Below are positions 35,908-47,200 of a DNA stretch of 64,000 nt, one piece after another (within the stretch, counting starts at the first letter, position 1; every line of letters starts with the position of its first letter). The DNA is from Spirochaetae bacterium HGW-Spirochaetae-1 (GTDB lineage Bacteria > Spirochaetota > UBA4802 > UBA5550), in NCBI GenBank assembly GCA_002839375.1, contig PGXY01000002.1, forward strand, positions 473,037 through 537,036, read 5' to 3'. A program made the position numbers and the translations under genes. The notes under the pieces are model-generated. The model saw only the letters and a program-made list of their open reading frames with translations, had not been told where the DNA came from and made no database searches.

Positions 35908-36306
35908 ATGCGGGGTAATCATATGATACAGCTGGATTTTGATAAACAGGGAGGAATGGTTCCGGTAATAGCCCAGGATTACAGGACTAATGAGGTACTC
36001 ATGCTGGCCTACATGAACAGAGAGGCCTGGGAGCTTACATTGAAAACCGGGATCGTTCATTATTGGAGTCGCTCAAGGAATAAATTGTGGAAGAAGGGAG
36101 AATCCTCGGGCAATATGCAGGAAGTAAAGGAAATCCGGGTCGATTGTGATGATGATACGCTGGTTATTAAGGTAAACCAGGTTGGTGATGCGGCATGTCA
36201 TGAAGGATACAAAAGCTGTTTTTTCCGCGTCGTCGAAGGCAATGTATTGAAAGTGGACGGCGTGCGGGTCTTTGATCCTGCCGATGTATATGGAGAAAAA
36301 AAATGA
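35908..36306 (+). CDS. hisI: phosphoribosyl-AMP cyclohydrolase
   Basis: [30 protein letters not shown]...[14 protein letters not shown] is typical of HisI. The start is ambiguous between 35908 and 35923. Confidence 0.85.
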   Translation: MRGNHMIQLDFDKQGGMVPVIAQDYRTNEVLMLAYMNREAWELTLKTGIVHYWSRSRNKLWKKGESSGNMQEVKEIRVDCDDDTLVIKVNQVGDAACHEGYKSCFFRVVEGNVLKVDGVRVFDPADVYGEKK

Positions 36307-37196
36307 AAAAGCAGATAAAATTGGGTATTCCCAAGGGGAGCCTGGAAAAATCCACAATGGAGCTTTTTAATAAGGCGGGATGGAATATCTCAGTTTCTTC
36401 GAGGAATTATTTCCCGTCCATCGATGACATTGATATATCGTGCTCGTTGATCAGGGCCCAGGAGATGGCCCGATATGTCGACAGCGGAGTCCTGGATGTG
36501 GGGCTTACCGGACTTGACTGGATTCTCGAGAATGAGGCTGATGTAGAGACAATATCGGATCTCATATATTCCAAGGTATCGACAAGAAAGGCTAAATGGG
36601 TCCTGGCTGTTCCTGATGATTCATCCATATCAAAGCTTGAGGATTGTGCCGGTAAAACTATCTCCACCGAGCTGGTCAATTTCACCTCAAAATATTTTCA
36701 GGAGAGAAATATCCCGGTTAATGTAGAATTTTCCTGGGGGGCCACGGAGGCAAAAGTCGTGGAAGGACTTGTTGATGCCATTGTGGAAGTAACGGAAACC
36801 GGGTCAACTATCAAGGCTCATGGATTGAAAATAATACACACCCTGCTGGAAACGAATACTAAGCTTATAGCTAATAAAGCGAGTATGCAGGATGAGTGGA
36901 AGAGCAACAAAATCAAGCAGATAGCCCTTCTTCTCAGGGGAGCCCTTAATGCCGGGAAGCTGGTGGGAATTAAAATGAATGTTCCCGAGGATAAGATAGA
37001 AAAGGTCGTGGGCATTATTCCCAGCCTGACAGCTCCCACGGTTTCACAGCTCTATAAATCTCAGTGGCTTTCCGTCGAATCAGTAATTAACGAAGATGTT
37101 GTAAGAGAAATAATACCGCTGCTCATTGAAGCGGGTGCTGATGGAATCATCGAATATCCGCTGAATAAAGTGGTCAATAAAAATGATATAATGTAG
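36303..37196 (+). CDS. hisG: ATP phosphoribosyltransferase, long form
   Basis: [27 protein letters not shown]... with the C-terminal regulatory domain, 297 aa. It overlaps the hisI stop (ATGA). Confidence 0.85.
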   Translation: MKKQIKLGIPKGSLEKSTMELFNKAGWNISVSSRNYFPSIDDIDISCSLIRAQEMARYVDSGVLDVGLTGLDWILENEADVETISDLIYSKVSTRKAKWVLAVPDDSSISKLEDCAGKTISTELVNFTSKYFQERNIPVNVEFSWGATEAKVVEGLVDAIVEVTETGSTIKAHGLKIIHTLLETNTKLIANKASMQDEWKSNKIKQIALLLRGALNAGKLVGIKMNVPEDKIEKVVGIIPSLTAPTVSQLYKSQWLSVESVINEDVVREIIPLLIEAGADGIIEYPLNKVVNKNDIM

Positions 37197-37387
37197 TCAT
37201 CACACTGAAAGCAGGTAAAGACAAACTTTATTTTGTGCAATGATAACTCTACCGATGATGTTAGCAAAGGGATGTTAAACATTATGAAAAATAAAAAACT
37301 GTATCGGATAATTTCTATCTGATACAGTTTTTCTCATGAAGACAAAATATCAGTTGGCAATTTTATTCCAGGTATATAATCGTGCTG

Positions 37388-37612
37388 TTATGATATGCCC
37401 GGATACATTTGATAGGGCTTTTTGCCATAGATTTTTTCAAAATCCATTGCAAAGGGACAAACATTACAGCTGATTCTGACAACACCTTCTGCAACGATCT
37501 GAGCCTGTTCGTTAAGGACTCCTCTGGAGTCGATGTTGTTTCTCATTTTCATGATCGCACAATCGTTACATTTTTTAGCATTTTCCTTTACTCGATAACT
37601 GATTAGTGACAT
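37388..37612 (-). CDS. small Cys4 (CxxC...CxxC) putative zinc-binding protein
   Basis: 74 aa with CNDCAIMKM...CNVCPFAM. A strong RBS (GGGAGG, 5-nt spacer) precedes it. The antisense ORF 37409-37606 is rejected. Confidence 0.5.
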   Translation of the reverse strand: MSLISYRVKENAKKCNDCAIMKMRNNIDSRGVLNEQAQIVAEGVVRISCNVCPFAMDFEKIYGKKPYQMYPGIS

Positions 37613-37951
37613 CTGTACCTCCCTATTATAATATAAACATTTTCCCAGTTTGCAATATTCAAGAAAATGTTAAGTAAACAAATCAATGAATCTATATATA
37701 ATTTAGACAATTTTGATCCGAAAAAGCGAGCATTTTTTTTTAAAAACAAAAAAATTATAAAAGAATCATAATAAGTCATCATAAGAATGATGCCGGGTGA
37801 GTGTAACGACCGAAATAACCGTATTTTTTTAGTTCCCCTAATAAAAAACCTTGTTGATACCAGTCTCAATAAGGTAAAAAGTGATTGCCTGAAAATTCAA
37901 TTTGTAGAACAGTAATAATTGTTAAAATATCAATAAGGGAAATAGATATTA

Positions 37952-39448
37952 ATGAACTCAAAACCTGAAGAGACTCCGCAAATAAAAAACAGAAATTTAT
38001 TCTTCTCAGTTATTTCTTTATTCGCCCTCATCCTGGTGCCTCTGTTTATCCTTTTTACGATCATGTATGCCGTGCTCACGAGTAGTTTGCCGTATGTAAG
38101 CCTTCTGAAAAATGCCAGGCTCGTGGAAACATTTATCCATGCAAAAAACTGGCAGATGGAGGAGCAGATAAAAGAAGAGATTGAACAGAAAGTTCATCTG
38201 GAAGAATATAAGGTCGAGTTTAAAAGAATAAAAGCTGATTACGATAGTAAACAGGCCCATGTGAATGCAATACAAAAAGTCACGGAATATGACACACTGA
38301 AAAAACAGAGGAAGGAACTGGCCCGCCTTTCCTGGAAAAAGGCTCCCGGGATATTCAATAACGAAAATGAATTTAAGCAATATAAGGATGATGAACTGCA
38401 GCAATTGGATATAAAGATTGATGCAATTGAAAAGTATCGCGATCAGAATGAAGATGAAATTGAACGTGCCCGGGATGAATTTTCCGATGCGGAAGACGCC
38501 TTTGATGATGCCATGGATACCATGGAGGATAAGGAAGAGGAGGCGCAGGACATCATCAAGTCTCATAAAAACAGCTTCATGGGGAAGATATATTCCGATA
38601 TAGAGATCATCAGCCCGCCGCTCACCGAGGAATTAAACCAAAGGTTTATATCGGTGCCGGTTAAAAGGGAAATTGAAAAGTTTCTCTATTTCATGACCCA
38701 TTATGAAAAACAGGTCGAGAATGGCAACGTGTATCGCGATGGGCTCAATCTTTCCGGTCAGGGCTTGCAGGATACATTGAAAGTACGGATTCCGGGTTTT
38801 GAGATAAGCCTGTGGGTTGAGGACGAGAAAAACGGGATCCCGCAGAAAAGGCATCTGCTGAGTGAAGTTTTCGTTGATAAAATAGATGAACTCGAAAACC
38901 TGAAAAATAGAACACTGCTTGCAAATCTTTTCAGATTTTCCGACTCAGGACTGGCCGAGAGATTCAGTCGCTCCTATTTAAAAAAAGCCCGCTTAACGAT
39001 TGACAACGGAATCATTGCCATGGAAAAGATCGAACTTTCGGGAACAAGCGCTGAAAAGATGGAAGTATTAATGAAAGTATTGACGTGGGGGAAATATGCC
39101 GCTGTGGGACTACCTGTATTAGCACTGTGTATGATTCTTTTCATTATTTTTTCATCCGCAGAGAGAGAAAGAAAGATTCGTAGTTTGAAAAGAATTTTCA
39201 TTTATCCAGGTGTTTTAATGATTGGTCTTGGTGTAATTATGGCAGGCATGGCCTTCAACATCAATAATATTCTCCCCGATTTATTTGCGAGTCCTTTCGT
39301 TCAGATATATATGAAGAGAATATTTCTGCTAGCCACGCTGCACGTCTGGGGACCGGTTGTTGCGGTATTTGTTGTTCTGGCAATCACCGGTTCTTTCTTA
39401 AAAACAGGAATTAGCGAAAATGAGAATAAATCATCTGCCGTCGATTGA
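37952..39448 (+). CDS. hypothetical membrane protein with central coiled-coil and highly acidic segment
   Basis: An N-terminal TM helix, then about 200 aa of heptad-like charged sequence (DAEDAFDDAMDTMEDKEEEAQD), then 3 C-terminal TM helices. Confidence 0.5.
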   Translation: MNSKPEETPQIKNRNLFFSVISLFALILVPLFILFTIMYAVLTSSLPYVSLLKNARLVETFIHAKNWQMEEQIKEEIEQKVHLEEYKVEFKRIKADYDSKQAHVNAIQKVTEYDTLKKQRKELARLSWKKAPGIFNNENEFKQYKDDELQQLDIKIDAIEKYRDQNEDEIERARDEFSDAEDAFDDAMDTMEDKEEEAQDIIKSHKNSFMGKIYSDIEIISPPLTEELNQRFISVPVKREIEKFLYFMTHYEKQVENGNVYRDGLNLSGQGLQDTLKVRIPGFEISLWVEDEKNGIPQKRHLLSEVFVDKIDELENLKNRTLLANLFRFSDSGLAERFSRSYLKKARLTIDNGIIAMEKIELSGTSAEKMEVLMKVLTWGKYAAVGLPVLALCMILFIIFSSAERERKIRSLKRIFIYPGVLMIGLGVIMAGMAFNINNILPDLFASPFVQIYMKRIFLLATLHVWGPVVAVFVVLAITGSFLKTGISENENKSSAVD

Positions 39449-39568
39449 TCCACCTCATTACAAGGAATGCCGGTAATGATGGGATTGAATTTACAGGGAC
39501 AGTTACTGTTTTATAAAAATTAAAAATGTCATACGCAATTGTTACCAACTCATTTATACGAGGTTGCC

Positions 39569-40489
39569 ATGTCAGATCAATTGATGAATACAAAGGAAAT
39601 AGCTGAATACCTGGGAATACATGAAAAACAGGTGTATGCCCTGATCAAAGCAAAGAGAATCCCCTGTACGCGGGTTACGGGAAAGTGGCTATTTCCAAAA
39701 CATCTCATTGATAACTGGATAAATGATCAATCCAGGTTCGGTGTAGAGGGAGGCATTACTGAGACGGAAGGACGCCGGGACATGCTTCTCTCGGCAGGAA
39801 GTAATGACCCCATTCTGGATATACTGCTCAGTTCGATGAAGGGAAAACACGAAGAATTTCTTATATTTCACTGCAATACAGGGAGCTTGAATGGGCTTGA
39901 TCTGCTGGCAAAGAATAATGTCGATATTGTCTGGTGCCATCTCTATGACCAGGAATCGGGGACATATAATATTCCATATATTAAATCATATTTCCCCGAG
40001 AAAAAAATCGCCGTGGTGCACCTCTTTTACCGAGAACAGGGTTTTCTTCTCGCGCCGGACTTAGCAGGGAAAGTACAGTCTTTTGAAGACCTTACCGATC
40101 GGCAGGTTAAGTTTATTAACAGGCAGAAGGGATCGGGAACAAGGCATTTCCTCGACTATAATCTCAATAAAAGATCCATTGATCAGCATAAGATAAACGG
40201 GTACGATAACGAGGTATATACGCATACCGAGGTGGGGCTTACCATTTTTTCAGGGAAGGCCAATGCGGGTGTTGCCACTATCGCTGCAGCTAAGATGTTC
40301 GGGCTCAGTTTTGTTCCACTGGTGAAGGAAAGCTACGACATGGTGGTTTCACAGGAAACTTTTTTCAACCAGGGAGTACAGGCCTTTATTGATACACTGA
40401 ACTCCGACGATTTTCGCGGCAGGGTAAAGCCCCTTGGAGATTATGATTTCAGCAATTCCGGGAAAATTCTGTATTCATCTTCATCGTGA
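39569..40489 (+). CDS. DNA-binding protein: N-terminal HTH (excisionase/MerR-like HTH_17) fused to periplasmic-binding-protein-like (molybdate/tungstate PBP-type) domain
   Basis: NTKEIAEYLGIHEKQVYALIKAKRIPCTRVTGKWLFPKHLIDNWI is an HTH_17-type helix-turn-helix. The C-terminal 230 aa resemble the PBP-like domain found in COG1910-type regulators. The start is the ATG at 39569, preceded by GAGG. Confidence 0.55.
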   Translation: MSDQLMNTKEIAEYLGIHEKQVYALIKAKRIPCTRVTGKWLFPKHLIDNWINDQSRFGVEGGITETEGRRDMLLSAGSNDPILDILLSSMKGKHEEFLIFHCNTGSLNGLDLLAKNNVDIVWCHLYDQESGTYNIPYIKSYFPEKKIAVVHLFYREQGFLLAPDLAGKVQSFEDLTDRQVKFINRQKGSGTRHFLDYNLNKRSIDQHKINGYDNEVYTHTEVGLTIFSGKANAGVATIAAAKMFGLSFVPLVKESYDMVVSQETFFNQGVQAFIDTLNSDDFRGRVKPLGDYDFSNSGKILYSSSS

Positions 40490-40509
40490 TTGGGTATATC
40501 GATCTGCTA

Positions 40510-41274
40510 TCAGGATTGGGACAGAGCCGTGCTGATATCATGAAGAAAGGTATATACTGCTTTTTCATACGCCTGGGGTTCCTGCTCCATTATCCTGAGT
40601 ACTTTGCTGCCGATTACTATTATGTCGGCAAATCGGCCGATCTCAAGGGCCTTCTGAGCGGAATCAATGCCGAAACCTACAGCTACGGGCATTCCCGTTA
40701 TTTTTTTAACCGTCTTCACGTATGCGCCCAGCTTCTTATTAATATCCTTCGCGTTACCCGTTATACCTATTCGTGATGTACAGTAAATGAAACCGCCGGC
40801 ATAGTGTCCGATCAGAGCAAGCCTTTCACGTGACGTTGTGGGAGAGATGACATAGACCGGTTTTATTCCCTTCTCCAGGCAGGAACGGTAATACAGTCCG
40901 CCATCTTCCTCAAGGGGGATGTCGGGAACGATAAGGCCGTACATGCCGCATCGGGCAGCCTGACCGATAAAATTCTCAACACCGTAATTAAACAGAATAT
41001 TGTAGTATGACATGAAGAGAAATGTAACGTTCTGATACTGGCCGGCCATATCCCGCGCAAAATCAAGACAATCTTTTACCGTTGTCCCGTTGTTCAGTGA
41101 CGACTGGTTGGCGTGGAGGATGGTGGGGCCGTCGGCAACGGGATCGGAAAAGGGAATCTGTATTTCGATATACGCAACTCCTGCCCGGGCCATGGCGCCG
41201 ATGAGTTTTCGATTATCATCAAAAGAAGGATAACCGGCCACGATGTGGGTCATGATACCTGGTCGTTCTTTCAT
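40510..41274 (-). CDS. trpA: tryptophan synthase alpha subunit
   Basis: IVAGYPSFDDNRKLIGAMARAGVAYIEIQIPFSDPVADGPTI. Confidence 0.9.
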   Translation of the reverse strand: MKERPGIMTHIVAGYPSFDDNRKLIGAMARAGVAYIEIQIPFSDPVADGPTILHANQSSLNNGTTVKDCLDFARDMAGQYQNVTFLFMSYYNILFNYGVENFIGQAARCGMYGLIVPDIPLEEDGGLYYRSCLEKGIKPVYVISPTTSRERLALIGHYAGGFIYCTSRIGITGNAKDINKKLGAYVKTVKKITGMPVAVGFGIDSAQKALEIGRFADIIVIGSKVLRIMEQEPQAYEKAVYTFLHDISTALSQS

Positions 41275-41275
41275 T

Positions 41276-42523
41276 TCAGTATCCTTCTTCCACTTTTGAT
41301 TTCAGGAATTCGATCCATTCCCTGTCTTTGAGGGCTTCGGCAATGATGAAGATATCTTTATCACCGCGTCCCGAAATATTGATGACGATTATTGCGTCTT
41401 TGCGGGAATTTTTCGCAACGGCGATTCCCCGGGCAACGGCGTGGGAAGATTCCAGGGCCGGGATGATTCCTTCGGTGGAAACAAGGGTCTTCAGGGCTTC
41501 CAGTACCTCTTTGTCCGTGACGGACTGGTATTCAACCCGTCCCAGGCTGTGAAGATAGGCGTGTTCGGGCCCTATTCCGGGATAGTCGAGGCCCGCCGCT
41601 ACGGAATATGTGGGAAGGGTCTGGCCGTCGTGGTTCTGGAGAAAAACAGAGCGGTATCCTTCGATAATGCCCTCTTTGCCGCCCTTGAAGCGGACGGCAT
41701 GCTTTCCGGAATTGATGCCCAGACCTCCCGCTTCCACGCCTATCATTGCAACTGCTTCATCTTCCAGGAAGGGGAAAAAAAGTCCGATAGCATTACTTCC
41801 GCCGCCGACGCAGGCAATGAGGTAGTCGGGATTCCTCCCTTCATATTCCATGATCTGCTTTTTCACTTCTTTGCCGATGACGGACTGAAACTCACGCACA
41901 ATGACCGGGTAGGGATGGGCGCTCAGGGCCGATCCTACAAGGAGGTGTGTTGTTTCCATGGTTTCGATCCAGTTCCGGATCGATTCGTTGACCGCATCTT
42001 TCAGCGTCATGCTGCCCGTGGTTACCGGCGTCACCGTGGCCCCCAACTGCTGCATCCAGAAAACATTGGGGCGCTGGCGCTTTATATCCTTCAGCCCCAT
42101 GAATATTTCGCACTCAAAGCCGAACTTCGCTGCAACGGTAGCCGTGGCGAATCCGTGCTGGCCGGCTCCTGTCTCGGCAATGAGTCTTTTTTTTCCCATC
42201 CGTTTCGCCAGCAGAGCCTGGCCGATGGCATTGTTTATTTTATGCGAACCCGTTTGTCCCAGGCCTTCAAGTTTCAGATAGATTTTACCACCCTTCAGCT
42301 TTTTAGTGAGATTTTCTGCATAATAAAGTGGAGTGGGTCTGCCGGAAAAAGTTTTAAGCACGTGATGATATTCTTCCATGAAACTTTTATCGCTTCGTGC
42401 TTCCAGGTAGGCTTTTTCCAGTTCTTCAAGGGGAGGGATGAGCATTTCAGGAACATATCTTCCGCCATAGACACCGAAATGGCCGCCGGTCTTGAAAGGA
42501 TTTACTATGAGCTTTCTTTTCAT
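41276..42523 (-). CDS. trpB: tryptophan synthase beta subunit
   Basis: PLP motif GQTGSHKINNAIGQALLAKRMGKKRLIAETGAGQHG, 415 aa. Confidence 0.9.
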   Translation of the reverse strand: MKRKLIVNPFKTGGHFGVYGGRYVPEMLIPPLEELEKAYLEARSDKSFMEEYHHVLKTFSGRPTPLYYAENLTKKLKGGKIYLKLEGLGQTGSHKINNAIGQALLAKRMGKKRLIAETGAGQHGFATATVAAKFGFECEIFMGLKDIKRQRPNVFWMQQLGATVTPVTTGSMTLKDAVNESIRNWIETMETTHLLVGSALSAHPYPVIVREFQSVIGKEVKKQIMEYEGRNPDYLIACVGGGSNAIGLFFPFLEDEAVAMIGVEAGGLGINSGKHAVRFKGGKEGIIEGYRSVFLQNHDGQTLPTYSVAAGLDYPGIGPEHAYLHSLGRVEYQSVTDKEVLEALKTLVSTEGIIPALESSHAVARGIAVAKNSRKDAIIVINISGRGDKDIFIIAEALKDREWIEFLKSKVEEGY

Positions 42524-42527
42524 TGGA

Positions 42528-44027
42528 TTATTTCCAGTTCCGGAGCAGATTTACGAGAATTCTTACACCGTAACCCGTGGCGTTTTTGGGACGATACCCC
42601 CTCGGCTTGGAATACCATGCCGTCCCGGCTATATCCAGGTGCGCCCATTTGGTGTCCTGAATGAAATTTTTCAGGAAGGTGGCCCCGTGTATCGTCCCGG
42701 CGTTTTTTTCACCGGGTATATTGCAGATATCGGCCGTATCGGATTTAAGATTTTCTTCGTACTCGTTGTAAAGCGGCAGCGGCCAGATTTTTTCACCCGT
42801 ATCCTCGCCGGCCTTTCGTATTTTTTCCGTCAGTTCTTCATCGTTGGACAGCAGGGCGGCCGTTATTTCTCCGAAAGTAACGACACATGCGCCGGTTAGT
42901 GTGGCAAGATCTATGATGTACTCGGGCTTCAGGGTTTTTTCCGTGAAGCTCAGTGCATCGGCAAGTATGAGGCGCCCTTCGGCGTCGGTATTGCCGATTT
43001 CCACGGTCTGTCCATTATAGGCGGTGAAAACATCTCCGGGCCGGTATGCATCGCTGCTGAGCATGTTCTCCGTGAGCGGTATTACGGCATGGATATTTTT
43101 TCTTATTTTCAATTCAACGGCTGATTTAAAGGCAAAGAGAACAGCTGCGGCACCGGCCATATCCATTCTCATGGTCTCGATGGAGCCGGAAGGCTTGAGG
43201 TTCATGCCACCGGAGTCAAAGGTGATGCCTTTACCTATCAGGGCGATTGATTTTTTTTCCGCGGGTGCGCCCCTGTATGTAAGGACAATGAGGCGAGGTT
43301 CTTTTTTGCTTCCCTGGTTTACGGCCAGAAGAAGACCCATCTTCATCTTTTTCAGTTCCGCTTTCCCGTAGATTGTGCAGGAAACATCCTTCAGAGAGAC
43401 CATGCCTTCCGCAAGTTTTGCTATACCCTGGGGATCACTGTTATATGTTGTATCATTTACAAGGTCGCGGCACAGGAGCGTGTTGCCTGATATAATTTCT
43501 ACTTCCTTCAGGATTGATGCAGCTTCTTTATTGTCGCTGCAGAAGGAGGCATGTGCAAGAAGGGGTTTCTCGTCATTTTTGGTTTTGAATTTGGAAAATG
43601 AATAGTTGCTGAGGGTGACACCTTCAGCAAGGGATCTCAGTGTTGTCTCATCAGTAAGTTTTTTAATGACCGGTATGATGATATGAATAGTGCTGATTTT
43701 CTGGTTTCTGCACAGGGATGTAACATTACCTGAAGAAATCCGCAGGGATTCACCGGTGATATCCTGCTCTTTCCCCAGGCCGCAGATAATGAGAGACGGT
43801 GCTCCGCTCAGGGGAACAAAAAGCATATCCCCCTGTTTCCCTTTAAATACGCTGAGATCAATGGTGTTTGCAGCTTTTTGTATGCCTGCGGGCAGTAATG
43901 AGGCGACTGAACCATTCTGTTCTTCCGTGACAAAAAGAGCGTAAGTATCGGTCGTTTTATAGATCCGGGCTGATTTTTCAACCGTCAATTTCATGAAGGA
44001 CTCCAGGTAAATAATGATATCCCGCAA
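42528..44027 (-). CDS. pepA: M17 leucyl aminopeptidase
   Basis: NTDAEGRLILADAL signature plus metal ligands. Confidence 0.85.
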   Translation of the reverse strand: MRDIIIYLESFMKLTVEKSARIYKTTDTYALFVTEEQNGSVASLLPAGIQKAANTIDLSVFKGKQGDMLFVPLSGAPSLIICGLGKEQDITGESLRISSGNVTSLCRNQKISTIHIIIPVIKKLTDETTLRSLAEGVTLSNYSFSKFKTKNDEKPLLAHASFCSDNKEAASILKEVEIISGNTLLCRDLVNDTTYNSDPQGIAKLAEGMVSLKDVSCTIYGKAELKKMKMGLLLAVNQGSKKEPRLIVLTYRGAPAEKKSIALIGKGITFDSGGMNLKPSGSIETMRMDMAGAAAVLFAFKSAVELKIRKNIHAVIPLTENMLSSDAYRPGDVFTAYNGQTVEIGNTDAEGRLILADALSFTEKTLKPEYIIDLATLTGACVVTFGEITAALLSNDEELTEKIRKAGEDTGEKIWPLPLYNEYEENLKSDTADICNIPGEKNAGTIHGATFLKNFIQDTKWAHLDIAGTAWYSKPRGYRPKNATGYGVRILVNLLRNWK

Positions 44028-44209
44028 AACAGGATGTGTTCACCACTAAACATGAAAGTGATGATGTCAAGAATAATAGCACGAAAGAATCTGTAAATAT
44101 TTCAATTGAATAAAAAAATTTTTGACGTAATTGAATGCATGGGATATGAATGATTCCCGGGAATTGTTTATCAGGAAAAAGCATTGTATTCCCGTATAAA
44201 AGGTGCACA

Positions 44210-47200
44210 GTGAAATTTATCACGGATTTTCACATTCATTCCCATTTTTCCATTGCAACCAGCAGGAGGCTCATTCCCGAGTACCTGGAATTGTGGGCAC
44301 GCATCAAGGGTATAAATGTGCTGGGGACCGGTGATTGCATTCACCCCGGCTGGCTTAAAGAATTGAGAGATAAACTTGAACCGGCTGGAAACGGTTTTTA
44401 CCGGCTCAAAGACCAGTATCGGCTTCATGAGTCAAAAGCACTGGCATCGTCCATTCTGCCCGGCGACATATATTTTATGCTTACCGGTGAAATCAGCAGT
44501 ATTTATAAAAAGGACGGTCGTGTACGGAAAGTACATAACGTATGCGTATTTTCCGACTTTAATTCGGCACTGGCAGTTCAGGCCAGGCTGGACAAACTGG
44601 GAAACATAACATCGGACGGACGGCCCATCCTGGGTCTCGATTCAAAAATACTTCTGGATATGGTGCTGAACGCCTCACAGACCTCTTTCCTTATACCCGC
44701 CCATATCTGGACCCCGTGGTTTTCCGTTCTGGGGTCGAAGTCGGGATTCGACCGGCTTGAGGAATGCTATGAGGATCTCACCGGCAATATTTTTGCCGTA
44801 GAAACCGGACTCTCGTCGGACCCTGCCATGAACTGGACATGTTCGTTTCTCGACAGGTTCAAACTCGTATCAAATTCCGATGCCCATTCTCCGGACAAGC
44901 TGGGTCGTGAAGCGAATTTATTCGACTGCGAACAGAGTTATCGCGGCGTGTATGATGCTCTCAGGGGAGACAGCGGATTTGAGGGAACGATCGAGTTCTA
45001 TCCCCAGGAGGGAAAGTATCACTATGACGGACATCGGAAATGCGGGATATGCTGGGACCCCCTGGAGACCATAAAACACAGGGGGATATGTCCGGTCTGC
45101 GGCCGGGAGGTAACGAAGGGAGTCCTCTACCGAATGGCGGAACTTGCTGACCGGACCGATATATCCACGGCGTCGGAGAAAAGAATGTATTACAGCATTA
45201 CACAGCTTTCCGATCTCATTGCCGAAATACTTAACATTAAAAACAGCGGCGCTCAGGCGGTACAGAGGGAGTATTTCAACCTGATACGGTCCACAGGTTC
45301 GGAATTTTACTGTCTGCTTTTTGCCGATATTGAAGAGATACGGGAAAACAGCTCTGAAATCATGGCGGAAGGAATTGCCAGGATACGTCGTGGTGAAGTT
45401 ATCATCGAAGAAGGATTCGACGGTGAATTCGGCAGAATCCGCGTGTTCCGGAAAGGAGAAAATGAAATGTTCGAGGGACGTGGTCTTTTCCCGGCCAGCC
45501 TTCCTGAACATGTCGGTAAAGCAGAGGCATATCCCGATCAGTGGTCTGTAAAATTTGATATATCGGCCTTCAAAGCCCTTGCTCCCATGAGAAACATTTC
45601 TGAATACATACCGGTGACCGATGGAAAAAAACTCGAAAGTCAACCGGCAGACTCGTTTACCGAAGAGCAGCGTATGGGGATACGGCACGGCAGCGGTCCC
45701 TGCATGGTTATTGCCGGTCCCGGTTCAGGAAAAACAAGGATACTCACGGAGAGGATATCCCGCCTTATTAAAAGCGGCGAGGCTCATCCTGAGAATGTCC
45801 TTGCTGTTACATTCACCAACAATGCCGCCCGGGAAATTCGGGACAGGCTGAGGAAATCACTGGATCCCCCCTATCCTGAAATTATGACATTCCATTCTCT
45901 GGGTCTGTCAATTTTAAGGAAGCACTGTTCACGTTTTAATCGGGACGCCGGTTTTGACGTAATTGACGGAAAGAGGACAGAGCAGATAATCAATACAATC
46001 TGCGGGAATAAAAGAGAGACCGGCAAAATAATAAGCGGCATAAGCAGATACAAACAGGGTATTACCGATGATATCAATTCGGCCGACATCCTCGATGAAT
46101 ATGAAAAGGAGTTGATTAAGAGGAACTCCTTTGATCTCGATGATCTTATTCATCTGCCGGTCCTGCTCCTGTCGGAAGATGAAGACGTCTGCGCAAAATA
46201 CAGAAACAGGTACCAGTGGCTTCTCATAGACGAATACCAGGACATAAACCGGCGGCAATACCAAATGGTTCGCCTCCTGACCCATGGAGAAAATCCCAAT
46301 ATATTTGTGATCGGCGATCCGGACCAGGCAATCTATGGATTCCGCGGCTCCGATATCCGGTTCATCCGTTCCTTCAGTGAGGATTTTCCCTCGTCTCGGA
46401 CTCTGCGTCTTTCCAGGAGTTTCCGTTGTCCCGATGCAGTGCTTGCGGCAGCTTCCCAGGCAATCGGATCAACACAGGTCATGACCGGTGAACGCGGTGG
46501 AATTAAAATCCAGATACAATCGGTTCCGACGGAAAAGAGCGAGGCAGAATGGATCGCTTCAACAATCGAAGCCATGATTGGCGGTGTCAGAAGCTTCTCC
46601 ATGGACAGCGGCGTCAGTGACGGGTATTCCATTGATGGCGATAGCGGTTTTTCCGACTTTGCCGTTCTGTGTCGTTCGTCGTTGTTATTCGAACCGATTG
46701 TCGAAGCCTTCGGCAACCATGGCATCCCCTGTCAGCAAATAGGCCCGGACCCCTTTTACTTTAATGAACCCTATTACGGAACGATACGGCTGCTTCATCA
46801 TGCCTATTATAAAAATACAGGAAGTGATTTTCCCGATGAAATTGTAAAAGAAATCAGCTTGCTGATTGATAACGAGAAGGACATGCTTACCGTCACGGAA
46901 ACGGCTTTACGACGAAGAGATGCGTCTGCAGAAGAGATTAAAAAATTCAATCGCTTCTGCAGCAGGTATGAAAACTATACGGATTTGTTTCAGGCCCTGG
47001 CGATCAGGAACGGGGTTGATGACCTGGATATAACAGCCGATGCCGTTTTTATCATGACAATACATGCCGCCAAGGGCCTGGAGTTCAATCATGTTTTTAT
47101 TCCCGGCTGCGAGGAAGGAATAATTCCTTTTACGATCTTCGGCGGCAGGGAACAAGAAGAACTTCTTGAAGAAGAACGACTGTTTTATGTGGGAGCCACA

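Noticed and set aside
37409-37606. 65-aa plus-strand ORF overlapping the Cys4 mini-protein gene
   Set aside because: The minus-strand ORF has a strong RBS and paired CxxC motifs. The plus ORF is its shadow.
41441-42664. 407-aa plus-strand ORF and several 70-110-aa ORFs inside trpB/trpA/pepA region
   Set aside because: Antisense to highly conserved TrpB and PepA coding sequence. These are frame shadows.
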